Assembly: GCA_964640945.1 (NCBI GenBank)
Contig: CAZXIV010000003.1
Coordinates: forward strand, 28,083 to 92,082
Source: an uncultured Candidatus Peribacteria bacterium
GTDB lineage: Bacteria > Patescibacteriota > Gracilibacteria > Peribacterales > Peribacteraceae
Direction: 5' to 3'
DNA: 64,000 nucleotides
Position numbers and translations under genes: made by a program. Shown here in pieces: positions 10,056 through 17,773 of this stretch. Below the pieces are notes generated by a model. That model was not told the origin of the DNA. It did not search any database and saw nothing but the letters and a program-made list of their open reading frames with translations. Position 1 is the first letter of the stretch, and the number at the start of each line of letters is the position of its first letter.

Positions 10056-11474
10056 TTGGTGTCGGGCAACGCCATTGGTGTAGGTACAACTTTCCCCATC
10101 CCATCTATGGCGACCACCACTCTTATTCACACGTCCGGCGACGCGCGCATCGGTACGCCGCCTGAAAAAATCATTATCAATCCGCGCTATTGCCTCTATG
10201 CGCGTAAGTCGAGCGAGGAAGATGAGCGGCAAGCGCTCAGTATCGATTCGCAAATCAAAGAGATGCTCGCTGTCGCGAAACGGGAGAACCTTGAGATCGT
10301 GGAAATCCGACGCGAGAGTCACAGCGCGAAGGCCTCCGGTGCGCGTCCCATATTCAAACAACTCCTCGAGGACATCCGGCGCGGAGGATTTACTGGCATC
10401 CTGACGTGGGCACCGGACAGATTGAGCAGAAACGCCGGAGACTTGGGTACGGTCGTCGATCTCATGGATCAGGGTTTCCTTATCGATATCCGCACGCATG
10501 GTCAGCGGTTCACGAATAATCCGAATGAAAAATTCCTGCTTATGATTCTGTGCTCGCAAGCGAAGCTGGAAAACGATAATAGAGGACTGAACGTGAAGCG
10601 CGGACAGAAAACACGCGTGGAGATGGGATACCGACCGTGCCTCGTTCCGCTCGGCTACCTATTGGAAAAGCAATCAGGATTGGCGAGGGGAAAAGTGGTG
10701 ATCGATCCCATACGGGGACCGGTCATTAAGCAGATGTTCGAGCACGTAGCACATCACGGTGCCAGTGGACGGGTTTTGCAACAATGGCTCCGTGACGAGA
10801 TGAACTTCACGACGCGGAAAGGCAAACGCATCACCCTAAGCATGATCTACCGGATGCTGCGCCAGCACTACTACAAGGGGCGCTTCGAGTATCCGCAGGG
10901 CAGCGGCAACTTTTACAAAGGCGATTATGAACCGATCGTGCCGGAGGATCTCTTCAACGAGGTGCAGAAACTCCTCAGCATGGGACCGAAGCGCGACTGG
11001 GGCTCCAAAATGGATAACTTCCACTTCACACGAATGTTCCTCTGCGGCGGATGCGGGTCGGGCATTACCGCCGAAGAGAAGCATAAACCTTTAAAGGACG
11101 GCAGCATTAAGAAATACATCTACTACCGTTGCACGCATTACCGGAATCTCGGGTGCAAAGAGCCGGCTATTCGGGAGGATGCATTGATCGCTCAACTTTC
11201 GGAGATCATCGATGCCATTGATCTCGACGAGCTAGGGATGCGGATGAAACTGGAGGACGAAGTCGCGCGATACAAGAAATTCACGAACGGCGTGTTCGGA
11301 AAGGAGTCCGCACCGGAGATGCTGGGAGTCGACGTGCGACGCTATGCAAAATATATCTTGCACGAAGGGACAAAAGACGAGAAGCACGAGCTGCTCGGAT
11401 GCCTCAAGACCAAGATGATCCTGAAGAGTGGGGCAATCGAGCTTGAGAAGAGGAGGAAAATCCCAAAACGCTGA
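10056..11474 (+). CDS. Large serine recombinase (resolvase domain + recombinase domain + zinc ribbon)
   Basis: Catalytic region YARKSSEEDERQALSIDSQ...TWAPDRLSRN. Downstream zinc ribbon CGGCGSGITAEEK...YYRCTHY and a coiled-coil tail. Start is uncertain (alternative ATG at 10107). Confidence 0.9.
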   Translation: MVSGNAIGVGTTFPIPSMATTTLIHTSGDARIGTPPEKIIINPRYCLYARKSSEEDERQALSIDSQIKEMLAVAKRENLEIVEIRRESHSAKASGARPIFKQLLEDIRRGGFTGILTWAPDRLSRNAGDLGTVVDLMDQGFLIDIRTHGQRFTNNPNEKFLLMILCSQAKLENDNRGLNVKRGQKTRVEMGYRPCLVPLGYLLEKQSGLARGKVVIDPIRGPVIKQMFEHVAHHGASGRVLQQWLRDEMNFTTRKGKRITLSMIYRMLRQHYYKGRFEYPQGSGNFYKGDYEPIVPEDLFNEVQKLLSMGPKRDWGSKMDNFHFTRMFLCGGCGSGITAEEKHKPLKDGSIKKYIYYRCTHYRNLGCKEPAIREDALIAQLSEIIDAIDLDELGMRMKLEDEVARYKKFTNGVFGKESAPEMLGVDVRRYAKYILHEGTKDEKHELLGCLKTKMILKSGAIELEKRRKIPKR

Positions 11475-11477
11475 TTC

Positions 11478-11699
11478 TTAGCCCTCGAATCGGAGTAACT
11501 TCCAGAGCGGGATATCAAAGCCGTCCGCCAGTTTCTGCAATATTTCCAGGCTGGGATTCTGCGGGTTCTTTCCTTCCAAATTCTGGATGTACTTAAGGCT
11601 GATGCGAGAGCGTCCGGCCAATTCCTCCTGAGTCAGATCGTATTTCCTTCTCAGGGAACGGATTTGGATGCCCAGTTGATGTGAGGTGTCTTTCTTCAC
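11478..11699 (-). CDS. XRE-family helix-turn-helix transcriptional regulator
   Basis: 73 aa containing LRRKYDLTQEELAGRSRISLKYIQNLEGK, a classic HTH_3/XRE motif. Confidence 0.85.
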   Translation of the reverse strand: MKKDTSHQLGIQIRSLRRKYDLTQEELAGRSRISLKYIQNLEGKNPQNPSLEILQKLADGFDIPLWKLLRFEG

Positions 11700-11856
11700 C
11701 CCGTTATCCTCGATTGTTCACCTGCTATTGAGAACCAATGATTGTAGGTGTATAACTGTGGGTAAAAGACTGGACACGTATGCCTTCTGGCGCGTTATGG
11801 CTGGCATTCGATCAGATCTGTGCCATTGCTTGGTACATCACTTCCTCCCCATCTCT

Positions 11857-12477
11857 ATGTCTTCTCAGACAACACCAGTTCCTCGGAAAATCACCCTCGG
11901 CTTGATCGTCGGCTGGGTGCTAGGGATCTTCCTGCTGCTGCCAGCGATATCGATGCTCACAACGCAGCCTGTAACAGGATTGGCATTACTCGCGGCATCG
12001 GCCGTTCTTCTACCACCAGTAATGGGATTCATTCAGAAGAAGGGGAACTTCCATCTATCCGGAGGGGTGAAATTCATCGTGGTCGTCGTTCTCTTGGGAG
12101 TAGCCGTAGGAACGATGGATCAATCACGGCTGCCGACTGCAGAACAAGTTGCAGAGCCGTCCGATACGCAGCCCGGTGCCGCTCAGGTGCCCGCTGTCGA
12201 GAAATCCTATCAGGAAGTATTCATCTTCAAAGGGAATGGAGCGAAGAAGTCTGAGCCATTCACCATCACGGGTGACAAATTCAAGATTGTGTACGACTGT
12301 AATGGAAGCCTCTGCCAAGCATGGCTAAAGAAGCCCGAAGGCGGATTCAGCTTCGAGCTAATCATGAATGGAACGGGACCGATCAAAGATGAAAGCATTT
12401 TTTACAATGCTGGCACCTACTACATCGAATCCAATTCCATCGCCACGTACACGATGAGTGTGCAGGATTATCGATAA
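11857..12477 (+). CDS. Membrane-anchored hypothetical protein (2-3 TM N-terminus, extracytoplasmic beta-rich C-terminus)
   Basis: The ATG at 11857 (MSSQTTPVPRK) precedes the hydrophobic segments LGLIVGWVLGIFLLLPAISML and GLALLAASAVLLPPVMGF. The upstream part of the tracked ORF overlaps the XRE gene and looks non-coding. Confidence 0.5.
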   Translation: MSSQTTPVPRKITLGLIVGWVLGIFLLLPAISMLTTQPVTGLALLAASAVLLPPVMGFIQKKGNFHLSGGVKFIVVVVLLGVAVGTMDQSRLPTAEQVAEPSDTQPGAAQVPAVEKSYQEVFIFKGNGAKKSEPFTITGDKFKIVYDCNGSLCQAWLKKPEGGFSFELIMNGTGPIKDESIFYNAGTYYIESNSIATYTMSVQDYR

Positions 12478-12492
12478 TTCTCCCCCAATGGC

Positions 12493-13026
12493 CTATCGAA
12501 AGAAGTCTTTCATAGGCTCCATTTGATTGTCATTTAGGCTGCTATAAGACAGCTTTCCATGCTCGTTTGGATGAGCAAACCAAAATGAGACTGGAGGAGC
12601 TTCCGGTCGATGAATGGGAGTTGCTGATCGAGTAAGGTATGTCGCTTGCCCATCCATGATGTGAATAAGAGCTATTCCATTTTCCTGCGCATACTTCAGT
12701 GCTCCTTCTTGGTAACCGGAAATCGAGAACATTATGCATTTCTGCGCATGTAATGATTGCTGTTTCGCCCAGAGCACCATTACAGCCTCTCTTTCCACGG
12801 GACGCTTCAGATGTTTGCACTCGACAAGTAGAAGGAAATCAAATCCCAGAATACGAAGTCGCGCTGTTACATCAATCTTATAGTCACCATCGTGAGCGGA
12901 TAACTCTTCCAAATGCTCTACTTGAAAAGATTCAAGACTGCCCCGCTTAGAGTCTGCAAGTTTTTGAAGAAAATCTCTGGTGTATTTCTCGAATTCAGCC
13001 GGAGTCAGGCTCTGAATTTGCTTCAT
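12493..13026 (-). CDS. Mrr-cat type PD-(D/E)xK restriction-endonuclease-fold protein
   Basis: LTPAEFEKYTRDFL N-terminus, then GDYKIDVTARL...FLLLVECKHLKRPVEREAV...IMFSISGYQEGALKYAQENGIALIHIMDG, matching the Mrr_cat layout (D ... ExK). The start at 13026 (MKQIQ) avoids overlapping the SLOG gene. The alternative start at 13083 overlaps it by 46 nt. Confidence 0.8.
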   Translation of the reverse strand: MKQIQSLTPAEFEKYTRDFLQKLADSKRGSLESFQVEHLEELSAHDGDYKIDVTARLRILGFDFLLLVECKHLKRPVEREAVMVLWAKQQSLHAQKCIMFSISGYQEGALKYAQENGIALIHIMDGQATYLTRSATPIHRPEAPPVSFWFAHPNEHGKLSYSSLNDNQMEPMKDFFR

Positions 13027-13037
13027 AAGTATTTGAG

Positions 13038-13526
13038 TTAGAAATTTTTTGTGACCTCGCGAGTTAGAGGATTTATGTGCCATAAGTGAACATTTCTGTT
13101 CTGGGCATACGCAACGATGTCAGCAGTACCTCCTAAGCCAGCAGCAGGTTTCCCATTCCACACAGCAATCATCACATTGGAAAGTTCAACCACTTTTTGT
13201 CCTGCGGCGAGATACGACTCTTCATCGGAAGCTTTCCTCGGTAATACTTCAATTTTCATTCCTAATCCTCGCATATCGTGATAACGATTTCGATCTTCCA
13301 ATTTTCCGAAGCTTTCCTCATACCCCTCAAACGGAACAACTATATATATCATGCCATCGTTTTTTAGGATTAAATCTGCAAACAATTGATCAGCGCCTGC
13401 GGCTAAAGAAGTGATTCCTGTCACTTTTGCAGGAAGTCCCTTGATGATCTTATTCATCTCATCTTTTACCCAAATCCAGTCGTCGTCATGAGGAAGCCGT
13501 TGATGACCTGTTATGCCGACTCTCAT
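13038..13526 (-). CDS. SLOG-superfamily (YpsA/DprA/LOG-like) nucleotide-binding protein
   Basis: Rossmannoid pattern MRVGITGHQ, SLAAGADQLFADLIL, IYIVVPFEGY and a C-terminal glycine-rich loop GKPAAGLGGTADIVAYA that resembles the LOG/SLOG PGGxGT motif. The call rests on motif resemblance only. Confidence 0.6.
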   Translation of the reverse strand: MRVGITGHQRLPHDDDWIWVKDEMNKIIKGLPAKVTGITSLAAGADQLFADLILKNDGMIYIVVPFEGYEESFGKLEDRNRYHDMRGLGMKIEVLPRKASDEESYLAAGQKVVELSNVMIAVWNGKPAAGLGGTADIVAYAQNRNVHLWHINPLTREVTKNF

Positions 13527-14476
13527 AGTTTGCCGCTGTTAGCGAGATACAAATAGAATTGACCGAGGGGGGTGAGTTTGCAGGATTTGCTATTCATCGC
13601 CGCAAAATACATATGCTCTTCTCCAACGGGAACAAGAAGGCGCGCCGCTCTGTACTTTTGAAGGTGGCCAAAAATCTCTTCGTGTTCGGGGTGATCCGGC
13701 TCTGCATCAGGTTCGTATGAAGGGTCAAGAGGGAATTCGTGTGAGGGATCAGGAAAGTACTTCGGCAATAGTCTAAGAATTGGGAGGTCTACCACGGGCT
13801 TACAAGTCCGTAAGGGGATTAATTTCGCAACGTGCGATTTAAAGAGTGGTCGCTGATCCCATGCTCCCAGAACTTGGTCGACATATGCATAGACACTTGC
13901 AACTGTGACATCACCGATGACATCCGACGCCCCTCCGTCCAGAGCTGCACACACAAGGGTCGTGAACACACCGGAACCATTTTCTTCAACAGATGGCTGA
14001 GAGTCCCTGCTGGCCGTGAGCACGGATACTCCCTGTCGCAAATGTGCGAGATCATTACTATTGCCCAATGCAGGCACGGCACCAAGCGCTCCACTATGAC
14101 AGCAATCAAGAATAATTACGACTTCATGGACTGGCGACTGATTGGCAAGACTGAGAACATCCTGCATGCTCACTCCTTCGTCATATTGGGCTGCATCCTG
14201 TGTCACCAAATAGCCACCCAAATTGTTCACTGTGCCATGTCCCGCAAAAAAGAGTAGTGCGACATCTGCTTCATGAGCGAATAATTCCTGAATATTTTTC
14301 TTCAGAGTTGCCTTCTGAACTTTCTCACCGGGAGCGGTCATGACTTTGCACTCGAAATTCTGAGAACCGTCGTGATTCTTTCGCAACATCTCAGCAATTT
14401 TATTAGCATCGTTTACGCATCCGGATAACGGCGTGTCCGAATAGTCGTCAATCCCGACGATGAGCGCTCGCCTCAT
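13523..14476 (-). CDS. Caspase-like cysteine peptidase (family C14) with uncharacterised C-terminal domain of about 150 aa
   Basis: ALIVGIDDYSDTPLSGCVNDA, catalytic His in LLFFAGHGT and catalytic Cys in VVIILDCCHSGA. ATGA overlap with the downstream SLOG gene. Confidence 0.85.
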   Translation of the reverse strand: MRRALIVGIDDYSDTPLSGCVNDANKIAEMLRKNHDGSQNFECKVMTAPGEKVQKATLKKNIQELFAHEADVALLFFAGHGTVNNLGGYLVTQDAAQYDEGVSMQDVLSLANQSPVHEVVIILDCCHSGALGAVPALGNSNDLAHLRQGVSVLTASRDSQPSVEENGSGVFTTLVCAALDGGASDVIGDVTVASVYAYVDQVLGAWDQRPLFKSHVAKLIPLRTCKPVVDLPILRLLPKYFPDPSHEFPLDPSYEPDAEPDHPEHEEIFGHLQKYRAARLLVPVGEEHMYFAAMNSKSCKLTPLGQFYLYLANSGKL

Positions 14477-14480
14477 AAGA

Positions 14481-14903
14481 TCAGTATTGAGAACGGTTCT
14501 TTCCTTCTCCCATCATTTGGTTAATCGCTGATGCAATGTTGTCCCACTCCCACGCGATAACTCGGTTCCTTGGAAGACTATATGGAAGAACGCTATTAAT
14601 GTTCGCCTGATCGACGTACACGCCGAACACTGGAACGTTGTTCCTGTCTGCCATCTGGATTTCCTTTTCCACCCCGTAAGCAGTGCTCATCGATCTTCCT
14701 ACAAGAACAATGACCATATTGGAACGGCTGATTTTTTCCTCGACCAGTCGTTCCCATTGGTTTTGCGGCATAGCGGCTTTCGCGGACCAATCCTGAATCG
14801 AGAAAGGAGTACGGGAATTCCTGCCTTGGCCGATAAAAAGCATTTTTTCTGTATCGTTATGATCGAAGTCGAAGCTAACGAATGCGCGAGGATCTGGAGT
14901 CAT
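14481..14903 (-). CDS. TIR-like domain protein (DUF1863 / ThsB-like class)
   Basis: 140 aa. AFVSFDFDHND at the N-terminus, ISRSNMVIVLVGRSMSTAYGVEKEIQMA with a conserved Glu, and PVFGVYVD, matching the MTH538/DUF1863 TIR-like layout. First gene of the operon, 4 nt upstream of the caspase gene. Confidence 0.72.
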   Translation of the reverse strand: MTPDPRAFVSFDFDHNDTEKMLFIGQGRNSRTPFSIQDWSAKAAMPQNQWERLVEEKISRSNMVIVLVGRSMSTAYGVEKEIQMADRNNVPVFGVYVDQANINSVLPYSLPRNRVIAWEWDNIASAINQMMGEGKNRSQY

Positions 14904-15044
14904 GAAAAATATGGAAGAGACAGGTGACAGTATAGCTGGATCCTGGCGTTAAACTAAAAATTCCACGGCGGAAGGCGGGCGGGTCTATCCACCACTGATT
15001 TCCCTCCTGCCCGGGCACGTGGGTCTATTAACACCTGTACGTCT

Positions 15045-15119
15045 TGGCTGGGGAGGAGGGATTCGAACCCCCGTATGACCGCTCCAGAGGCGGTTGCCTT
15101 ACCACTTGGCGACTCCCCA
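15045..15119 (-). tRNA. tRNA-Gln (anticodon CUG), CCA encoded
   Basis: The reverse complement folds as a cloverleaf: TGGGGAG/CTCCCCA acceptor with U1-A72, anticodon arm ACCGC-CTCTGGA-GCGGT, T-arm GGGGG-TTCGAAT-CCCTC and 3' GCCA. The arms correspond closely to E. coli tRNA-Gln as recalled from memory. Confidence 0.9.
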
Positions 15120-15197
15120 ATCGCTCTCCCGGCGAAGTCCGTAAACGGAGCCGGATAAGCCCGAAGATGGTAGCAAGCGGACTTCTTCCCGCCAAGG

Positions 15198-15593
15198 CTA
15201 ACCGAGATCCTGCTGGTATTCCTCGTCAGCGGCCTTTTGGGTCGCTTCGGTCCTTTTAGCTTCCTGAACCAGTTGATCCGACGTTTGGACATCCTGAGCC
15301 TCCAGCACCTGGCTTTGGGCCTCAGCTTGGGCACTTTTGGTGACAAAGCTCGCTCCAGATTTAGCAGTCTCAACTTGGACCTTGGCAGCAGCCGTCGCCT
15401 GCTCCTGTTTTTCATCGTTCTTGAGCTGTTTAGAAGACACCTCCCCACGCAGCGCGGCGCGCTTCAGCTGAAGGAGTTTCCCTTTGGCAGCGGCCTTATT
15501 TTCGAGGTGGCGCTGCTTGCCGTGGTCGGCCCGGTTCTGCGCTTCGGCGCTGGAGAGACTAGGCAGATCATCATCGTCTTCGTCGAGGGACAT
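15198..15593 (-). CDS. Hypothetical acidic/Lys-Gln-Ala-rich coiled-coil protein
   Basis: 131-aa ORF lying exactly between the two tRNA genes. Low-complexity composition and no recognisable motif. The competing + strand ORF runs through tRNA-Arg and was discounted. Confidence 0.35.
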   Translation of the reverse strand: MSLDEDDDDLPSLSSAEAQNRADHGKQRHLENKAAAKGKLLQLKRAALRGEVSSKQLKNDEKQEQATAAAKVQVETAKSGASFVTKSAQAEAQSQVLEAQDVQTSDQLVQEAKRTEATQKAADEEYQQDLG

Positions 15594-15653
15594 GGCCCTA
15601 GCCTAGCAAAATGCACTGCACGACGCACAAACGTGAACTATGCTGTTGATGGT

Positions 15654-15730
15654 GCGGCCGTAGCTCAGTTGGATAGAGCACTTGGCTTCGAACCAAGGGG
15701 TCGTGGGTTCAATTCCTGCCGGCCGCACCA
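15654..15730 (+). tRNA. tRNA-Arg (anticodon UCG), CCA encoded
   Basis: GCGGCCG/CGGCCGC acceptor, D-arm GCTC-AGTTGGATA-GAGC, anticodon arm CTTGG-CTTCGAA-CCAAG, T-loop TTCAATT and 3' ACCA. 77 nt. Confidence 0.9.
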
Positions 15731-15744
15731 TGCACTTCCTATCT

Positions 15745-17085
15745 ATGCCCGAGCAGCCCTACGACATCGTGATCATCGGCGCGAGCTTCGCCGGCCTGAC
15801 GCTGGCCCATCACCTCCCGAAGAATCTCTCGGTCTTGATCGTCGACTCCAAACCAACGCTCGACCACGCCGTGGAGTCGACGGGGCTGATTACGCAGGCG
15901 ACGTACGACATGTTCGCCACCTTCATGGACATCAAGAAATTTATCCCGAACCAAATCACGCACATCGGTGTGGTGGCCCCGGACTATGTCCGCCACTTCT
16001 TCTCGCGCACCAAAGAGCCGTGGATCTACTCCACGGACACACCCAACCTCGTGAAGCACCTGGCCGAGACGGTGCCCGCAAACGTGCAGATCCGGATCGG
16101 CACCTTTTTTGCCGGCAGTGAGGAGATCGCCGACGGTCCCTACAAGCTCCGTGTGCGCTGTCAGGTCGGCGAAACAGAGGACTGGGTCTTGTGCCGCTTC
16201 CTTGTGGGTGCGGACGGCGCTTATTCATCCGTCGCGCGCGACCGCGGCCTGCAGCAGAACTGGCGCTTTCTCTCCGGCTTCGAGAAGGTCTTCTACGGCG
16301 ATATCCTGCTCGGTGACGCGCCGGAGGCGAGCGTCTACCACTTCTGGTTCGGCGAATTCTCACTCGGCTACGGCGGCTGGCTCTCCCCCACCATCATCAA
16401 CGGTAAGAAGGCCTTCCGCCTGGGCCTCGCTAAGTTGAAGCAGGACGTGCGCGAATGGACGCTCATCCGCGAGTTCGTGGCCACGCTCCAGGCCCGCGGC
16501 ATCATCCGCATCGAACCCGAGACCAAAGAGGTGGTGCAATTTAGCAGCCTCATCCCCATGAACGGCGTGCTGCGCCGAATCAGCGACGACCGCACTCTCC
16601 TCATCGGCGACGCGGCGGGCACGTGCGGCGCGTTCGCGGCGGATGGCATTAAGGGGTCAATCGCCTGCGGTAAGATCGCGGCCGAGCTCATTCCCGCCCA
16701 CCTCAATGGACAGCGCGACGCCCTGGGCTCATTCCACCGCGAGCTGGAGCGGCGCTACAAGCTCATGACCTATTACCGCAAGCAGCTCCTCTACCGCATG
16801 GTCTGGGACATGATGCAGCGCGACCGCACCTTCACGACGCTCTGGCGCATCATCGACCGGCAGCGCGAACACTTCCTCAAACAATTCTGTGACAGCAAAG
16901 ACCGCCAGAAGAGCTTGGTCAGCGTTGTCCTCACTTGGCGCAACTTGCCGCTGCTCTGCCTGTTCTCGCTCCAGCTCGCCTACGACATTCCGCTCGCCTT
17001 CATTCGCTCAGGCCGTCGCCACGGCTGGGTCTACACCACCAAAGAGACGGCGCGCTGGCTGGCATTGCCATTTACGGGGGCGTAA
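15745..17085 (+). CDS. FAD-dependent oxidoreductase, geranylgeranyl-reductase family-like
   Basis: Dinucleotide fold YDIVIIGASFAGLTLA, then LVGADGAYSSVAR and LLIGDAAGTCGAFAADGIKGSI. The tracked ORF start lies inside tRNA-Arg. Candidate ATGs are at 15745 (MPEQPYD) and 15730. Confidence 0.75.
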   Translation: MPEQPYDIVIIGASFAGLTLAHHLPKNLSVLIVDSKPTLDHAVESTGLITQATYDMFATFMDIKKFIPNQITHIGVVAPDYVRHFFSRTKEPWIYSTDTPNLVKHLAETVPANVQIRIGTFFAGSEEIADGPYKLRVRCQVGETEDWVLCRFLVGADGAYSSVARDRGLQQNWRFLSGFEKVFYGDILLGDAPEASVYHFWFGEFSLGYGGWLSPTIINGKKAFRLGLAKLKQDVREWTLIREFVATLQARGIIRIEPETKEVVQFSSLIPMNGVLRRISDDRTLLIGDAAGTCGAFAADGIKGSIACGKIAAELIPAHLNGQRDALGSFHRELERRYKLMTYYRKQLLYRMVWDMMQRDRTFTTLWRIIDRQREHFLKQFCDSKDRQKSLVSVVLTWRNLPLLCLFSLQLAYDIPLAFIRSGRRHGWVYTTKETARWLALPFTGA

Positions 17086-17112
17086 AAAAATACCCCGCAC
17101 ACTGGCGGGGTA
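17084..17112 (-). terminator. Rho-independent terminator (hairpin + T-tract on minus strand)
   Basis: Perfect 8-bp stem TACCCCGC/GCGGGGTA with a 6-nt loop at 17091-17112. It is preceded on the + strand by A7, which is the T-tract on the minus strand. Lies just downstream of the 17135-17419 gene. Confidence 0.6.
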
Positions 17113-17134
17113 GAAGGACCTACGACTGAACCGT

Positions 17135-17419
17135 TCATTTCCCTGACGTAAACGCGGCCATGAGTCGTAGCATCATGAGTCGATGCTCTTCAAACGGCCT
17201 TAAGAGCTCATCAGGCAGCGGCATTGTGTGGTCGTAGTCGACACTGCACTTGGTAAGCATTGGGTCCGTTATGTCGAACGATATATCCACAGAGAAGAGA
17301 TGAATCTTCTTGAACTTCGCGGCGTCCGCGTCTCGGGCAGCCTGGGTACTATAGACAGCGACAGCCCTTTCCTTTGTTGAGTCGCGAAACACTCGCAAGA
17401 ATAATAATTCTTTTGGCAT
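17135..17419 (-). CDS. Hypothetical protein (94 aa)
   Basis: AT-richer ORF with its own terminator and an AT-rich upstream region. No recognisable motif. Confidence 0.5.
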   Translation of the reverse strand: MPKELLFLRVFRDSTKERAVAVYSTQAARDADAAKFKKIHLFSVDISFDITDPMLTKCSVDYDHTMPLPDELLRPFEEHRLMMLRLMAAFTSGK

Positions 17420-17557
17420 GATTACCCCGAATTGAATGATCGAGCGATGTACGATAATTGTATATTATCATATATTAGTCAATACCCTCAAGCCGACGGA
17501 GTGTAAGGAGCACACTTTTTCGACGTCTTCTCTCTGTACCTCTTCACTCTCCCCCTT

Positions 17558-17719
17558 ATGTCAGACCAGCAATCCAACGCCATGACGGCGATCGTTGCCA
17601 TCCTCGCCATCGTGGTCATTGTTTGCCTAGGCTACATGTTTGCACGCAAATACATGATCGCTGAGCCGCAAGGCACCACCATCCAGCTCGACCTACCGGC
17701 CAACGACCCTCAGTCGTAA
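17558..17719 (+). CDS. Possible small single-TM protein (53 aa)
   Basis: ATG at 17558. Sequence MSDQQSNAMTAIVAILAIVVIVCLGYMFARKYMIAEPQGTTIQLDLPANDPQS has a clean hydrophobic helix followed by a basic anchor. It is below the ORF-track size cutoff. Confidence 0.35.
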   Translation: MSDQQSNAMTAIVAILAIVVIVCLGYMFARKYMIAEPQGTTIQLDLPANDPQS

Positions 17720-17773
17720 GGAACAAGGCGAGATGATGACAGATGCCAGCGAAAGCTGGCTTTTTTGAATCTC

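Larger units (their letters stand above)
4470..15044. mobile_element. AT-richer genomic island: phage-derived packaging/methylase/recombinase module plus defence operon, abutting the 3' end of tRNA-Gln
   Basis: Base composition drops visibly relative to both flanks. Contains terS/terL, two DNA MTases, a large serine recombinase and a TIR/caspase/SLOG/Mrr operon. The right edge is the 3' end of tRNA-Gln (15045). Exact att sites were not identified, so the boundaries are approximate. Confidence 0.55.

Noticed and set aside
14904-15044. Possible promoter for the defence operon (minus strand TATACT about 29 nt upstream of the TIR-like ATG, with a weak TTAGTT at 17-nt spacing).
   Set aside because: The -35 match is poor and there is no Shine-Dalgarno sequence. 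It is too weak to call as a feature without TSS data.
15237-16121. 294-aa + strand ORF, and the 5' extension of ORF 15682-17085.
   Set aside because: Both run straight through the well-folded tRNA-Arg gene (15654-15730), and the translated sequence is Arg/Gly/Pro-rich. The real flavoprotein gene starts after the tRNA.
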